The notes: a model not told the origin generated them from the letters alone. A DNA stretch of 64,000 nt from Dictyostelium discoideum (GCA_000004695.1 CM000150.2:3264001-3328000); one strand, 5' to 3'; positions 10,209-23,287 are shown, counted from the stretch's first letter. Program-made: numbers and translations.

Positions 10209-13152
10209 ATGAGAAAATTAGTAATATTAATTATTTTATCAATTGTGTGTAGTTTATTTATTGGATCGATTGAATCAGTAGATACTAGTAAATTTAAGAC
10301 TTGTAAAGATTCACACTTTTGTAAAAGAAATAGAGTTTCACATGAAGTTGGAGTAATGAATGAAATGAAATCCAAACAAAATTTTAACATTGTAGAAGGT
10401 TCAATTAAATTGGTAAAGCAAGAGAATACCATTTACTTTGATTTACAAGAACAAAATCAAAAGAGTAATCTATTAACAATGAAACTTGAAATCTATGAAG
10501 GAGGTATCGTAAGAATGAGAGCTCAAGAAAAAGAACCATTATTGAATAAGCAACGTTACCAAGTTCAAGATGTTTTATTGGATACAATTAAAACCGTACC
10601 AATTCAATGGAAACAAGAACCTTCAAAACAATCAAACACTTTTTCATTTAAACATGGTGAAAAGGAGTGTTGTTATGTATTAGTACAATTGGTACCATTT
10701 AAATTGGATGTTTACATTATGAATGAATTGGCAATTACAACCAATAGTGATAATCTATTCCATTTCGAACCAATCTCTGATAAACCACAACCATTACCAC
10801 CAAAAGAAAAAAAATCTGAAGAAGAGAATAAAGAAGCTAATCAAGAAGAAGATAATAATAATAATAATAATGATAACAATGAAGAACAACAAGTTAGTAC
10901 AGAAGGTTATTGGGAAGAAAGATTTGGATCACATCAAGATAGTAAACCAAATGGACCAATGTCAATTGGTATGGATTTCACATTTGTTGGTAGTTCACAT
11001 GTTTATGGTATTCCAGAGCATACTACTCGTTTATCATTAAAATCAACCACTGGAAATGGTATCAATGAACAACCATACCGTCTTTACAATTTAGATGTAT
11101 TCGAGTACGAGATTGATAAAACCATGGCATTGTATGGTCATGTTCCATTAATGATCTCTCATGATACTAAAAAAACAGTTGGTGTATTTTGGTTGAATGC
11201 AGCTGAAACATTTGTCGATATCGAGGATGTAACCACACCAGTATCACCATCAAAGAAAACTCATTGGATTAGTGAATCTGGTATTATCGATGTATTCTAT
11301 TTAACTGGTCCAACACCATCAACAATCTTTAAACAATATGCATATCTAACTGGTACAACTGCATTACCACAAATGTTTTCATTGGGTTATCATCAATGTA
11401 AATGGAATTATAAAGTAAGTTACAATAAAAAAAAAAAAAAAAAAAATTATAATAATAATAATAATAATAATAATAATTAATAAAATACTAATATTATTAT
11501 TATTTTTTTTTATTAAAAATTATTAGTCAGAAGATGATGTTAAACAAGTTGATAATGGATTTGATGAAAATCATATTCCATATGATGTAATTTGGTTAGA
11601 TATTGAACATACAGATGGAAAGAGATATTTCACTTGGGATAATAATAATTTCCCAACACCAGCTGATATGCAAAATATTATTGGTGCTAAACATAGAAAG
11701 ATGGTTACAATCGTTGATCCACATATCAAGAGAGATAACAATTATTATGTTCACTCTGAAGCAACTTCAAAAGGTTATTATATAAAGAATAAGGATGGTA
11801 ATGATTATGATGGTTGGTGTTGGCCAGGTTCTTCATCTTATTTGGATTTCACTAATCCAGAGATTCGTAAATGGTGGGCAACTCAATTTGGTTATGATAA
11901 ATACAAAGGTTCAACACCAAATCTTTACATTTGGAATGATATGAATGAACCATCAGTATTCAATGGTCCAGAAGTATCAATGCATAAAGATGCCAAACAT
12001 CATGGTGGTTTCGAACATCGTGACGTTCACAATCTCTATGGTTACTACTATCATATGGCATCGGCCGATGGTTTGGTTCAAAGAAATGCCGATCAAAATG
12101 ACCGTCCATTCGTTTTATCTCGTGCATTCTATGCTGGTTCTCAAAGAATTGGTGCCATTTGGACCGGTGATAACTCTGCCCAATGGTCACATCTCGAAAT
12201 TTCAAATCCAATGCTTTTATCAATGAATTTGGCCGGTATAACATTTAGTGGTGCCGATGTTGGTGGTTTCTTTGGTAATCCAGATGCTGAACTCTTAACT
12301 CGTTGGTATCAAGCTGGTGCATTCCAACCATTTTTTAGAGGTCATGCCCATTTAGATTCACGTCGTCGTGAACCTTGGTTATTCAATGAACCATACACTA
12401 CCATCATTAGAGAGGCAATCGTCAAACGTTACTCTTACCTTCCATTATGGTATACCACTTTCTATCAAAATACACTCAATGGTGCTCCAGTTATGAGACC
12501 ACTTTGGGTTCAATATCCAAAAGAAGCCAATCTCTTTGATGTTGATGATCATTATTTAATTGGTGATTCACTTTTAGTTAAACCAGTCACTCAACAATCT
12601 TGTAAAACTATGAAAGTCCTCTTACCAGGCCAAAGTGTCAATGAAATTTGGTATGATGTTGATACTGAGAAACCAATCAATGCTGGTGTCATCGAAATTG
12701 ATACTCCTTTAGAAAAGATTCCAGTTTATCAACGTGGTGGTTCAATCATTTCAAAGAAAGAAAGAGTTCGTAGAAGTACCTATCAAATGAGAGATGATCC
12801 ATACACTATTCGTATCGCTTTGGACTCTTCAAAATCTGCTCAAGGTCAATTATACATTGATGATGAACACTCTTTTGATTATAAAAAAGGTAAATTCCTC
12901 TACAGACAATTCACTTTCAAAGATAATGTTCTCTCATTTTCTGATGCCTCAAATAAAAGCTCAACCTCTTACAAACCAAATGTTACCATTGAAAAAATCG
13001 TTATCCTTGGTGTTCAAAAACCTCACTCGATCACTTGTAACATTACTGGTAAAGAAAAATTATCATTTGAATATGATTCAACTCTTTCAAAACTAACAAT
13101 CAGAAAACCAGATTTATTAGTTGATACTGATTTTATTATAAAATTAAATTAA
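10209..13152 (+). CDS. modA: Glucosidase II alpha subunit (neutral alpha-glucosidase AB, GH31); 2 exons 10209..11414 and 11527..13152; signal peptide present
   Basis: GH31 signatures 'WNDMNEP' and 'GADVGGF'; near-collinear similarity to GANAB across both exons (e.g. 'DVIWLDIEHTDGKRYFTWD', 'WCWPGSSSYLDFTNPE', 'WYQAGAFQPFFRGHAH', 'PVYQRGGSII'); donor GTAAGT at 11415, acceptor tattag at 11526; symbol modA is by analogy with the Dictyostelium glucosidase II gene. Confidence 0.9.
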
Positions 13153-13191
13153 ATTAAAAAATAAATAAAAAGAAAACAAACAAATATAATA

Positions 13192-13242
<51 letters not shown>

Positions 13243-13935
13243 GTTTATATAATATATATTTTCTTTTTATTTATATTTTTTATTTTTTTTTTTATTTTTT
13301 TTTTTTATTATTTTTTTTGTCGATAAAGATATTATTTTTAAAAAAACTATGTACAATTTTCTTTTTTGTTTGCGTTTAAATAATTATTTGGAAATGCTTT
13401 GGTAGTTTTTGATGTTTCCTTCTTCAAACTAAATTTATTTTTTTTTTTTTTAAAAAAAAGAAAAAAATTAATCACCAAAACGAACCTTGGATTGTTGGTG
13501 CTTCATTTCTATTTATCACTCGTATTTGTTTTGTTTATTTTTTGGTTCGATGATTTGGTTGGGTGGTTTTTTTTTTTTTCTTTTTTTTTTTCTTTTTTTT
13601 TTTTCTTTTTTTTCTTTTTTATTTTCTTTTTTTTTTTTTTTTCTTCTTAGAAAAATAAATAATATATCTTGGGAAAAAATAAAAAAAATAAAAGAGGTTT
13701 TTTGGTAAAGTTGGGTGTTTCGAAACACAGTTGTTTTCTATTTTAAAAATAAATATGTTGAGAAAAAGTTGTATTTGTTGTTTTAATTATGATATTGTTC
13801 TTTTAGTTTTATAATTGCTGGTATTGTAGTAGTTATTTATTGTGTTATCATTTTAATTTGTTTTATTTTTTTAGATATTTGATTTTCATTTTTTAGATTT
13901 TTGATTTAGTGAGGAGTTTTTTTTTTTTTTTTTTT

Positions 13936-13967
<32 letters not shown>

Positions 13968-13986
13968 GTGGAAGGTGGTTTTTTTT

Positions 13987-14012
13987 TGTTTTGTTTTTGT
14001 TTTTGTTTTTGT

Positions 14013-14043
<31 letters not shown>

Positions 14044-14074
14044 GTTTTGTTTTGTTTTGTTTTGTTTTGTTTTG

Positions 14075-14100
<26 letters not shown>
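13987..14100. repeat. (GTTTT)n/(GTTTTT)n microsatellite
   Basis: 'gttttgtttttgtttttg...gttttgttttgttttg' run; intergenic. Confidence 0.85.
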
Positions 14101-14105
<5 letters not shown>

Positions 14106-14151
14106 TTTCATTTGAAATGAAAATTATATAATATTTATGCTGTTTTCTCCA

Positions 14152-14568
14152 TTATTTCGTATTGGATGAAGTTGGCATATTGTTGTTACTATTTATATTA
14201 ATACTATTGATATTCATATTCATACTATTGCTGCTGCTGTTGTTATTGTTGCTGTTATTATTGTTGCTGTTATTGTTGTTATTATTAGTATTATTATTGT
14301 TATTGTTATTGTTATTATTATTATTAGCTATATCCATTCCATCTAAATCGATTGGTTCATTACTACTACCACCAGCTGAGTTTGTTGCTGCTTGTGCTTT
14401 TAATTCTTCTTCTTTAAGCTCTCTTTCATATTTAATATAAACCTCTGACTGATTATAAATTGAATCTACCCATCCACTAATTGATGTACTTGTCCAATAT
14501 TTACCTGGATTTAAGTTTTGTAATGAAACCGGTCTGAGAGGTGTATGTACAGTGCCTGAATTCATCAT
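14152..14568 (-). CDS. Hypothetical 138-aa protein with N-terminal unique domain and C-terminal poly-N tail (single exon)
   Basis: ORF with in-frame TAA immediately upstream of ATGATG at 14568; unique N-terminal half MMNSGTVHTPLRPVSLQNLNPGKYWTSTSISGWVDSIYNQSEVYIKYERELKEEELKAQ is not low-complexity; remainder encoded by (CAG/CAA/AAT) repeats. Confidence 0.4.
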   Translation of the reverse strand: MMNSGTVHTPLRPVSLQNLNPGKYWTSTSISGWVDSIYNQSEVYIKYERELKEEELKAQAATNSAGGSSNEPIDLDGMDIANNNNNNNNNNNNTNNNNNNSNNNNSNNNNSSSNSMNMNINSININSNNNMPTSSNTK

Positions 14569-14986
14569 TTATATTTTTCTTTCTTTTTTTTTTAATTGTA
14601 GTTTTTTTTTTTATATTTTACTTTTTTTATTATTTTTTCTTTATTTTGTTTTATTATTCTTTTTTTTTCTTACTAAAAAAAAAAAAAAAAACTATCGTTA
14701 TTACTACAACTAATTTCTTTTTTAAATTATAGTACTTATTTAATTTTTACTATATTTTCGTTATAAATTTGTGTATTGTGGATTTGTTGTTGTTGTTGTT
14801 GTTGTTATTGTTATTATGAGGTTTTTAAAATATTTTATATTTATTTTTATTTTTATTTTTTTTATTTTTTTTATTTATTTAATTACACATATACAAAAGA
14901 TAGATATGACTACACATACACAAAATACACAATAAAATTACTTTATAATTTTTATTTTATTTTATTAAGTGATATCTAGTAGTAGG

Positions 14987-15031
<45 letters not shown>

Positions 15032-15590
15032 AAAAAATTTTAAAAATAAAAAAAAAAAATGAAAACAAAAAATTTTTGAAAATATTTTTTTTTTATTTTT
15101 TTTTAATTTTTTTTTTTTCAATCTTTCTCAATTTTTCTATAAAGAAACCACTTTAGGATTAGTTACTTATTAATAGTAATTCCAAAAAAAAAAAGCTTAT
15201 TTGACTTTTTAATTTTTTTTTTTTTTTTTTTACCTTTTTATATATTAATTTTTTTTTTTTTTTCTTTATTTTTTTAATTTTTTTAATTTTTTTTTTTTTT
15301 TTTAATTTTTTTTTTTTAACATTGGGAATGAATTTTAAGAAAGTCGTTTGGAATGAATTTGAAGAAAGTCGTTTGAAAAAAAGTATTATTTACATTATTT
15401 TTATTTATTTTTCTTTGCAAGATATTATTTTTAAAACTTTTTTTTTTTTTTTTTAAAAAGATGGCAAATTCCAAATGTTGTAAAATGCTAATTTTTTACA
15501 AAATAAAATTTCAGTTTTTTACCACATTTAGGTTTGTTGTGTTTTTTAAAAAAATTTATTATGATTTTTTTTTTTTTTATAAACTGCTAT

Positions 15591-15992
15591 TTAGCAATGA
15601 TGATGACGACTGTGGCAACTTGAAGAAGGATAAGACATCATATAAGTAGAAGTTGGATATTGTTGATAGTATTGTGGGTATACATAACCTTGTTGTGGTT
15701 GAGGATAGCTACCATATTGAACAGCACCTGGATATCCAGCTACTGCTTGTTGTTGTTGTTGTTGTTGTTGTGGATAGACATATCCTTGTTGTTGAATTGG
15801 TTTCATTGGTTGAAGTGGTGTAGTAGCATTTGAAGTTGATGGTTGATTTAATAATACAGCAATATGTGGTGGTAAAGTCCAATGAGCACTCTTTGTGTTG
15901 TGATCAACATAATATTGTTTACCACTTTGATCTTGTCTAATTACCCATCCACTTGGTAATCTTGGATCTGTCCATTCTGGTCCTTGATATTT

Positions 15993-16074
<82 letters not shown>

Positions 16075-17286
16075 GGTGCAAATGGTTGTGGTGGTTGTGG
16101 TTCAATTGGTTGTGGTTGAGATTGCGATTGTTGTGGTACAAATGGTTGTGATTGTTGTGGTACAAATGGTTGTGATTGTTGTGGTTCAAATGGTTGTTGT
16201 GGTGATTGTGATACAAATGGTTGTGGTTGAGATTGTGATTGTTGTGGTATAAATGGTTGTTGTTGTGGTGGTGATTGTTGTATAAATGATTTTGGTGGTG
16301 ATTGTGAAATGGTATTAATATTTGTAGTATTATTATAAACTGGTTGTGGTTGTGATTGTTGTTTAATTGGATAGTTTGTACCATTAAATGATTGAATACC
16401 AGTTTCAGTATGAACACAATCTTGTAATTGAATAAATTGAGAAACATTTTCAAAGTAAATTTCACCTTCCATTATACCAACGACTTGATTTTGGTGGATG
16501 ATTGGCTCAACAAATGAAACCATCTTTTGATCTACACCACCATATGATGGGCCAGTGATTTGCTTTGGATCGAAAACAATTGAACTTAATGTAATTGTAA
16601 CTTGACCTAATGATGGGTCAGTCTCACCATTATAATTTTTATATTGTAAAATGTTGAATATAATTGGACAAATCATCAACTCTTTCAATCCTATAGTATA
16701 AATGATTTGGTCAATATCTTCCCATATCAAATTATTTGATTTTTTTGTTTTTAATGTTTTTGTAACTTTTTGAAGTCTAAAAATTTCAAAAAAAAAATAA
16801 TAATAATTAATATTTAGTTTTTCAATAAATAAACTAATAAATAAAAAAACAAATAAAACACTTACTTTGAAGAATTTAAAATATAATAAAATAAATATTT
16901 TTCAATTGATTGATCGGTTGAAGTAATTGGTAAAGCACCAGCATAATATGAAGTTTTAAGGTTTCTAAATGTTAATTTAGTCTCTAAAAATTCAGACATT
17001 TCCAAGTCGAATTCAATTGTTCCATTAGCAACACCTTTATTTCTTAAAACTAATTTATGATGAACTGGACCATTTAAGACTGTAAAGAAATCAATAGAGC
17101 AACCACCAATAAGATTATCGCCGCCAATAACACATGAATCATAACAATCAATTTCAACTTTTTTATTCTTTAAATCTTGATCTTTCATTATTGGTATATG
17201 AAATGTTTGCTCAAATTTCCATGTTGGTGTAATACTTTTACTAATTGATTCAGTTTTAAATTTTTTAAATTGATCAAATTTTAACT

Positions 17287-17324
<38 letters not shown>

Positions 17325-17482
17325 TAGTTTTCTAAATAACTTTTTTTAAAAAATAAATATATATAATAAAATAATATTACTTTAACATATGGATCAATAT
17401 TTATATTATTTGCATTATGATTTTCTTTTTTTAAGGATAAATCATAAGCTTTTATATTATGAATTTTAATTGAATAATGCAT
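15591..17482 (-). CDS. C2-domain + WW-domain protein with long Q/P-rich region; 3 exons (17381..17482, 16866..17284, 15591..16776), ~568 aa
   Basis: Exon1 MHYSIKIHNIKAYDLSLKKENHNANNINIDPYVK (C2 start, 'DPYVK') donor gtaata; exon2 LKFDQFKKFKTESISKSITPTWKFEQTFHIPI…VEIDCYDSCVIGGDNLIGGCSIDFF… (C2 body) ending phase 2 before gtaagt at 16865; exon3 after tttttag; WW domain 'LPSGWVIRQDQSGKQYYVDHNTKSAHWTLP'; repetitive (QPFVPQQS)n and polyQ. Confidence 0.65.
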
Positions 17483-17493
17483 TTTATATCTAT

Positions 17494-17497
17494 ATAT

Positions 17498-17552
<55 letters not shown>

Positions 17553-17566
17553 TGTATTTATTTATT
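17494..17566. repeat. (ATTT)n microsatellite just upstream of the C2-WW gene start codon (minus strand)
   Basis: 'tatttatttatttattta...' 18 units. Confidence 0.85.
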
Positions 17567-17699
17567 AAAATAAAAAATTTTATTGATGTGAAAAAAAGAA
17601 AATAATTCGAGAAACTTTTTTTTTATAAAAAATAAAAAAAAAAAAAAAAAAAATTTTTTTTAAAAATTAATGATTATATAAAAATTAAACTCAAAAATT

Positions 17700-17812
17700 T
17701 AGGAGAGGAATTTCCAAAATCATATCGATTTTATAGGAAGTTTTAAAAAGCAAAAGGAGAGTTTCAAAATCATATTGATTTTATAGGAAGTGCTTAAAAG
17801 CAAAAAAACAAG
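17700..17812. repeat. Tandem direct repeat, 2 x ~56 bp, unusually GC-containing for intergenic DNA
   Basis: 'aggagaggaatttccaaaatcatatcgattttataggaagttttaaaaagcaaa' followed by 'aggagagtttcaaaatcatattgattttataggaagtgcttaaaagcaaa'. Confidence 0.8.
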
Positions 17813-17815
17813 CTT

Positions 17816-17846
<31 letters not shown>

Positions 17847-17949
17847 TATAAAATAAAGTAATATCTTTTTATATTTTTAACTTTTTTTTTTTTTTTTTTT
17901 TTTTCAAATACATAAATTATTTTTTATTATAATCACTAGAATTTTACGC

Positions 17950-17992
<43 letters not shown>

Positions 17993-18507
17993 ATAATTAT
18001 AATAAAAATAAAAAAAATATTTTTTTTGATGATGTGTAGTTGGTTATAATATATTTAACCCTTTTTTTATAATTATTAAATTATTCTTACCATTTTTTTT
18101 TTTTTTATTATTAACTATTTTAAAAAAGGGTTGCCAAAGAGAACAAATAAAATCTCAGAATGATCATTTAATAATTTTTTTTTTTTATCCTTTTAAAATT
18201 TTTAACCACAAACTTAAAATAGAAATAATTTGTATTTTAGTTAAATTGTATTTTTTTTTTGTTTTTGTTTAACAAAAAGTTGTCAAACCAATTTTTTTTA
18301 TTTTATTTTTAATTTTTTTTTTTTTTTTTAAACAAAAAAAAAAAAAAAAAAAAAAAACTATAAAAAGGAATTTTTTTGATTGTTTTTTTTTATTTTTATT
18401 TTTATTTTTATTTCATTATAAATCATAAAAAAAAAAATATATATATAACTCTTTTTAAAAAAAAACTAAATTCACATTTTATAATAATAATATTTAAAAA
18501 AAAAGAA

Positions 18508-18723
18508 ATGAATAAATTAATTGTTTTTATTTTATTGGTTGTCTCATTAGCCTGCGTTTTCGGTGAATTAGAAGGTGTCCAACCTCAAGTTTGTAAAATG
18601 AAAGCAAATGATTGCAACAGAATGCACCAAGCTTATTTATATGCAACCCAAAATGGTGATTGGAAAGATATGCCAAAAGATGCCCAAGAATTGTTCTTAT
18701 CAGTTTATAAAAATAATTGTTAA
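18508..18723 (+). CDS. Small secreted peptide (71 aa; signal peptide + ~50-aa mature part with 3 Cys), paralog 1
   Basis: MNKLIVFILLVVSLACVFG|ELEGVQPQVCKMKANDCNRMHQAYLYATQNGDWKDMPKDAQELFLSVYKNNC*; real ATG at 18508 (ORF-track start 18376 is in oligo-T 5' flank). Confidence 0.5.
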   Translation: MNKLIVFILLVVSLACVFGELEGVQPQVCKMKANDCNRMHQAYLYATQNGDWKDMPKDAQELFLSVYKNNC

Positions 18724-19384
18724 ATTTGGAATTCCAATTCTTTTATTTTTAAAAAAAAATACAAAAAAATAAAAAATAATAATAAAAAGTTAAATTTCAT
18801 GATATTATAATTATTTACCATATTTATATTATTTTTGTTTGTTTTTTTTATTTTTTTAATGTTTTTATTGCATTAATTCATGTCCTCCACAAAATTATAA
18901 TTTATTATAATATTTTTTAGTTTGTTTTTTATTTTTTTTTTATTTTTTTTTTTGAAAAATATCTATTGGCAATTCTATAATCATTCTTTGAAATTGTAAA
19001 ATAATATTCAAAAAAAATTACAATCGTGATTGAATTTATTAAAAAAGTAATAACCAAAAAAAAAAAAAAAATAATTATAACTTTTATTTTATAACCACAA
19101 CACACATTTTTATTTTTTTATTTATTTTTTGAAATTTTGAATAATTATTTTATCCTTTCAAAATAGTTTTTTTTTTGTATCTTATCCCAAAATAGTTAAT
19201 AATGGTTAATTATTTTTATTTTTATTTTTATTTTCATTTTTTATTTTCCTTTTTTTTTTTTTTTTATTATTTAAAAAAAATTGTATAAAAAAAAAAAAAA
19301 AAAAAAAGTTATTATCAATTACATTCTTAAACAAAAAAAAAAGAAAAAAAGAAAACAAAGAAAACCTAATTTTTAAAAAAAAAA

Positions 19385-19606
19385 ATGCAAAAAATTATTT
19401 TAGTTATATGCTTAATTTTATCATTGGTATTTATTTCTTATGGAGAACAAACTTCGAGCGCAAAATGTTACATGAGACTCGATGATTGTGAAAAGATGAG
19501 AAAGGCTAGAGAAAAATCAATTGCTGATGGATCAATTAATCATATGCCAGCTCAAGGACGTCAATTATTTGAGGAAATCTATGCAAACAACTGTCCAAAA
19601 GCTTAA
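19385..19606 (+). CDS. Small secreted peptide (73 aa), paralog 2 of 18508..18723
   Basis: MQKIILVICLILSLVFISYG|EQTSSAKCYMRLDDCEKMRKAREKSIADGSINHMPAQGRQLFEEIYANNCPKA*; shared skeleton C-x6-C-x2-M-x(n)-MP-x2-Q/A-x2-LF-x3-Y-x-NNC with paralog 1. Confidence 0.5.
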   Translation: MQKIILVICLILSLVFISYGEQTSSAKCYMRLDDCEKMRKAREKSIADGSINHMPAQGRQLFEEIYANNCPKA

Positions 19607-19740
19607 TAAAAATTAAATTCAAAAGAAATAAACTTAAAAAAAAAAAAAAAGATTGAAAGTTCTAATTTTAAAATAAATAATAGTTTTAATTTTTGAAAAA
19701 GAAAACAAATATATTTTATTAATAAAATAATAATATTTAC

Positions 19741-19798
<58 letters not shown>

Positions 19799-20112
19799 GA
19801 TTTTCAATTTATTTTTTTTGATTATTTATAAACCACCACCCATGGTTTATTATTATAAAATTTTTAAAAGAAAAAGTGAGGAAAGTCCAAATTTGTAATA
19901 GCATTTATCCAATCAAATTATTTAATCCTACACTAAAAAAAAAAAAAAAAAATTATAATATTTCATAAATATTATTTTCAAATAATTGATGGTTTTTTTT
20001 TTTTTTTTTTTTTGATTGTTCAAAAATCCTTTTAAAACAAATACAAATAATATACGTAGTCAATCCCTAACGAACATTTTTTTATATTATTTTTTTTTTT
20101 TTTATTTAATCA

Positions 20113-20143
<31 letters not shown>

Positions 20144-20730
20144 CCAATGAAATTTAAATGATTAACAAATAGTAGTTGTCTGAAAGCACGAAAACCCTCA
20201 TTGTTTTTTATTGATATTGTTATTACATTTTTTTTTTTTTTTTTTTTTTTGATTTTAAAATCATATGATTCTTAAGAATTCTGCACTGGTGGGGGAAATT
20301 ATTTTTTTTTTTTTTTTTTTTTTTTAATTGATAAAAAAAACAGTGTTTATTCGTAAAGTAGATATTTATGAGGCCTAACCATAAGAATTACAACTGTTCG
20401 ATTTGAAATAAAATTCCAATATCCATATTCATATCTTTTTATTTGAAAAAAAAAAAAAATTTTAAAAAATAGACTAACTGAAAATTTTAAAAAATATGAA
20501 AAATAATACTAGTAATGGAGATTATAAACAAATCAAAAAACAATTGTTTGATAACCTTTTTTTTTTTTTTTTTAAATAAAATATTGAAAAATAAAAATAA
20601 AAATAAAAATAAAAATAAAAATAAAATAAAATAAATAAAAATAAGACAAATTAAAATAAAATAAAATAATAATATTAATAATAAAAAAAAAAAAAAAAAA
20701 AGATTTTAAAAATATTAAAAACAAAAAAAT

Positions 20731-20731
20731 A

Positions 20732-20818
<87 letters not shown>
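20731..20818. repeat. (AAAT)n microsatellite (22 units) within a block of (AAAATA)n repeats 20584..20700
   Basis: 'ataaataaataaataaataaat...' visible. Confidence 0.85.
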
Positions 20819-22302
20819 GCAAATAAAAACAAATTTAAATTATTTTACTAAAGGTAGTATATGTACAATTTTTTTTAAAGATTCCTTTTTTCCATTTTTT
20901 TTAAAAGATTGTAGATGAAAAATAAACCTTTTTTTTAGTTTTTTCAGAACTACAATGTTTACCTTTTTTTGTTTTGCATTTTTTTGTGTATTGTTTAATG
21001 TTTAATAATAGTTACTATTTTCATATCATCCGATATCTAAGAAAATCAATTTTGGAATTGTTTTTAAAGATTTGTTTTTTTTTTTTTTGATAACTTCCTT
21101 TATTTATTTATTTTTTCCATAAAAAAACAAATTTAAAAAAATATTAAATTAAAATAAAAAAAAAAACATTTTTATATCTAAAAAACTATATTTTTTTTTA
21201 TTTTCTTTTTTTAATTTTTCTTTTTTAATTTAAAAAAAAAAAATAAAAAAAAAAAAAAATATATTTAATCCATTTTTTTTAAATATAAACGTTTTTTATA
21301 ACCTACTAATAAAGATATAGCGAGTGAGTACTGACATTTCATATTTTATAGTTTTTTAAATATATTTTTTTTTTTTATCACACTAACTTTTTTTTTTTTT
21401 TGATCATTTTTTTTTTTCTCATTTGTAAAATATTTTTTTCAATACACATATACAAATAAACAGACAAAATCCTTATATATAATAATATAACAGAAAAAGT
21501 ATTTTTTATTTTTTTTTTTCTTTTTTTTTATTTTATTTTAATTTTCTTAATTTTTTTTTAAATAATTTATTATTTTTATTATAATCACCATTGTTTTTTT
21601 ATTTTTTTTATTATTTTTTTTTATATTTAATTTTTTTTTTTTTATTTTTATTTAATATAAAAAATTTAATAAATTTATTAAATTATAATCACACATTTTT
21701 TTATTTTTTAATTTTAAATGGTAAGAGGATATTTAGAAATATCAAAATTCGCTATTGTTTAGGTTCATTTTCATACTTTTTTTTTTAATTGAATTTCATC
21801 TCAAAAATTAAAAAATTTTTTTTTTTATTGTTTCTATTCAAATAATTAAAAATTTTTTTTTTTTATTTTTTTTTTTATTTTTTTTTTATTTTTTTTTTTT
21901 GCATAAATCAAACAATTGTTTAATGTTTGCAAATATTTAGTCATTGTGTGAAATTGGGGAATGTGTTTTTTCAAATTTTTTTTTTATATGTTTAAAAAAA
22001 AAAATAATCTCAAAGGTAATAATAAATAATAAATAATAAATAATAAATAATAATAATAATAATAATAATAATGATAATAATAATAATAATAAAAATAAAA
22101 AAATAAAATAAAAATAAAATTATATAAACAGAGTCAAACCCAAATCTTATTTAAAAAGATTGTGTTTGATATTTTATTTTTATTTTATTTTATTTTTTAT
22201 TTTTAAATTATTTATTTTTGTCAATGACAATTTGTGGTTTTGTGTGTGTGGGATTATGTAGAGAATTTTTTGGGTGTTTATGTGTGCGTTTGATAGTGCA
22301 AT

Positions 22303-22333
<31 letters not shown>

Positions 22334-23104
22334 CTTTCTCTATCATTCAATTGTTTTAAAATTATGATGAAAAAGGATAATAATAAAAAAATAGTGCGAA
22401 TAAATAGAAAAAATAAAAAATAAAAAAATAAAAAAATAAACATTCAAACATAATAGAGGTTCTATCAGTTTATTTATTATAATTAGTTTGAACCCATCTA
22501 TGTATTTTTAAAAATTAATTTCCAAAAAAAAAAAATTAAAAAATAATAATATTAATATTAAAAAAAAAAAAAATAATATATTTATTATTAAAAAAAAAAA
22601 ATAATAATAATAATAGTAGTAATAATAATAATAATAAATATTTATACTCGCTCCAATATTGTATGTGTAAACCAAATATAAAGAAATTTCCATCTCCTAT
22701 TACTAAATTTAAATTTTATATATTTTAATATACTTCTTTTTAAATATATTTTTTTTTTTATTTTTTATTGTTATTACCTAATAATTCTAATTTTCAAAAA
22801 AAAAAAAAAAAAAAAAAAACAAATTCAAAACCACTGTACCAATTATCTAAAAAATTATTTAAATTTATATTTTATTCAATATTTAAAAAAAAGTTTGTTT
22901 TAAAAGTTATATTATTTTTATTAATAAAATTTTTTTTTTTTTATAATCCAACTGAAAATAAAATAATTATAATAAAAAGTTTCTAAATCTCCTTTTTTTT
23001 TATTATTTTTTTAAAACCAAAAAAAAAAGAATAAAAATATTCATATTTATTTTCATATTCCAATAATAATAATAATATATTATACCAAAATAATAAAAAA
23101 AATC

Positions 23105-23136
<32 letters not shown>

Positions 23137-23287
23137 CCCTTAATTTTATTTTTATTTATACATTTAAACTAATTTTATTAACTTAATTAAATTAAAAATT
23201 TTTTATAAATAATTTTTAAAAAGAAAAAAAAAAATAGTAATATTAAAAATAAATATATTTAGTGAAATATTTAGAAATTAATCAAAA

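Noticed and set aside
20330-20420. tRNA-like 'GTTCGATTTG' segment
   Set aside because: It has a T-loop-like TTCGATT, but no complementary T-stem, acceptor stem or anticodon arm could be folded. Not a tRNA.
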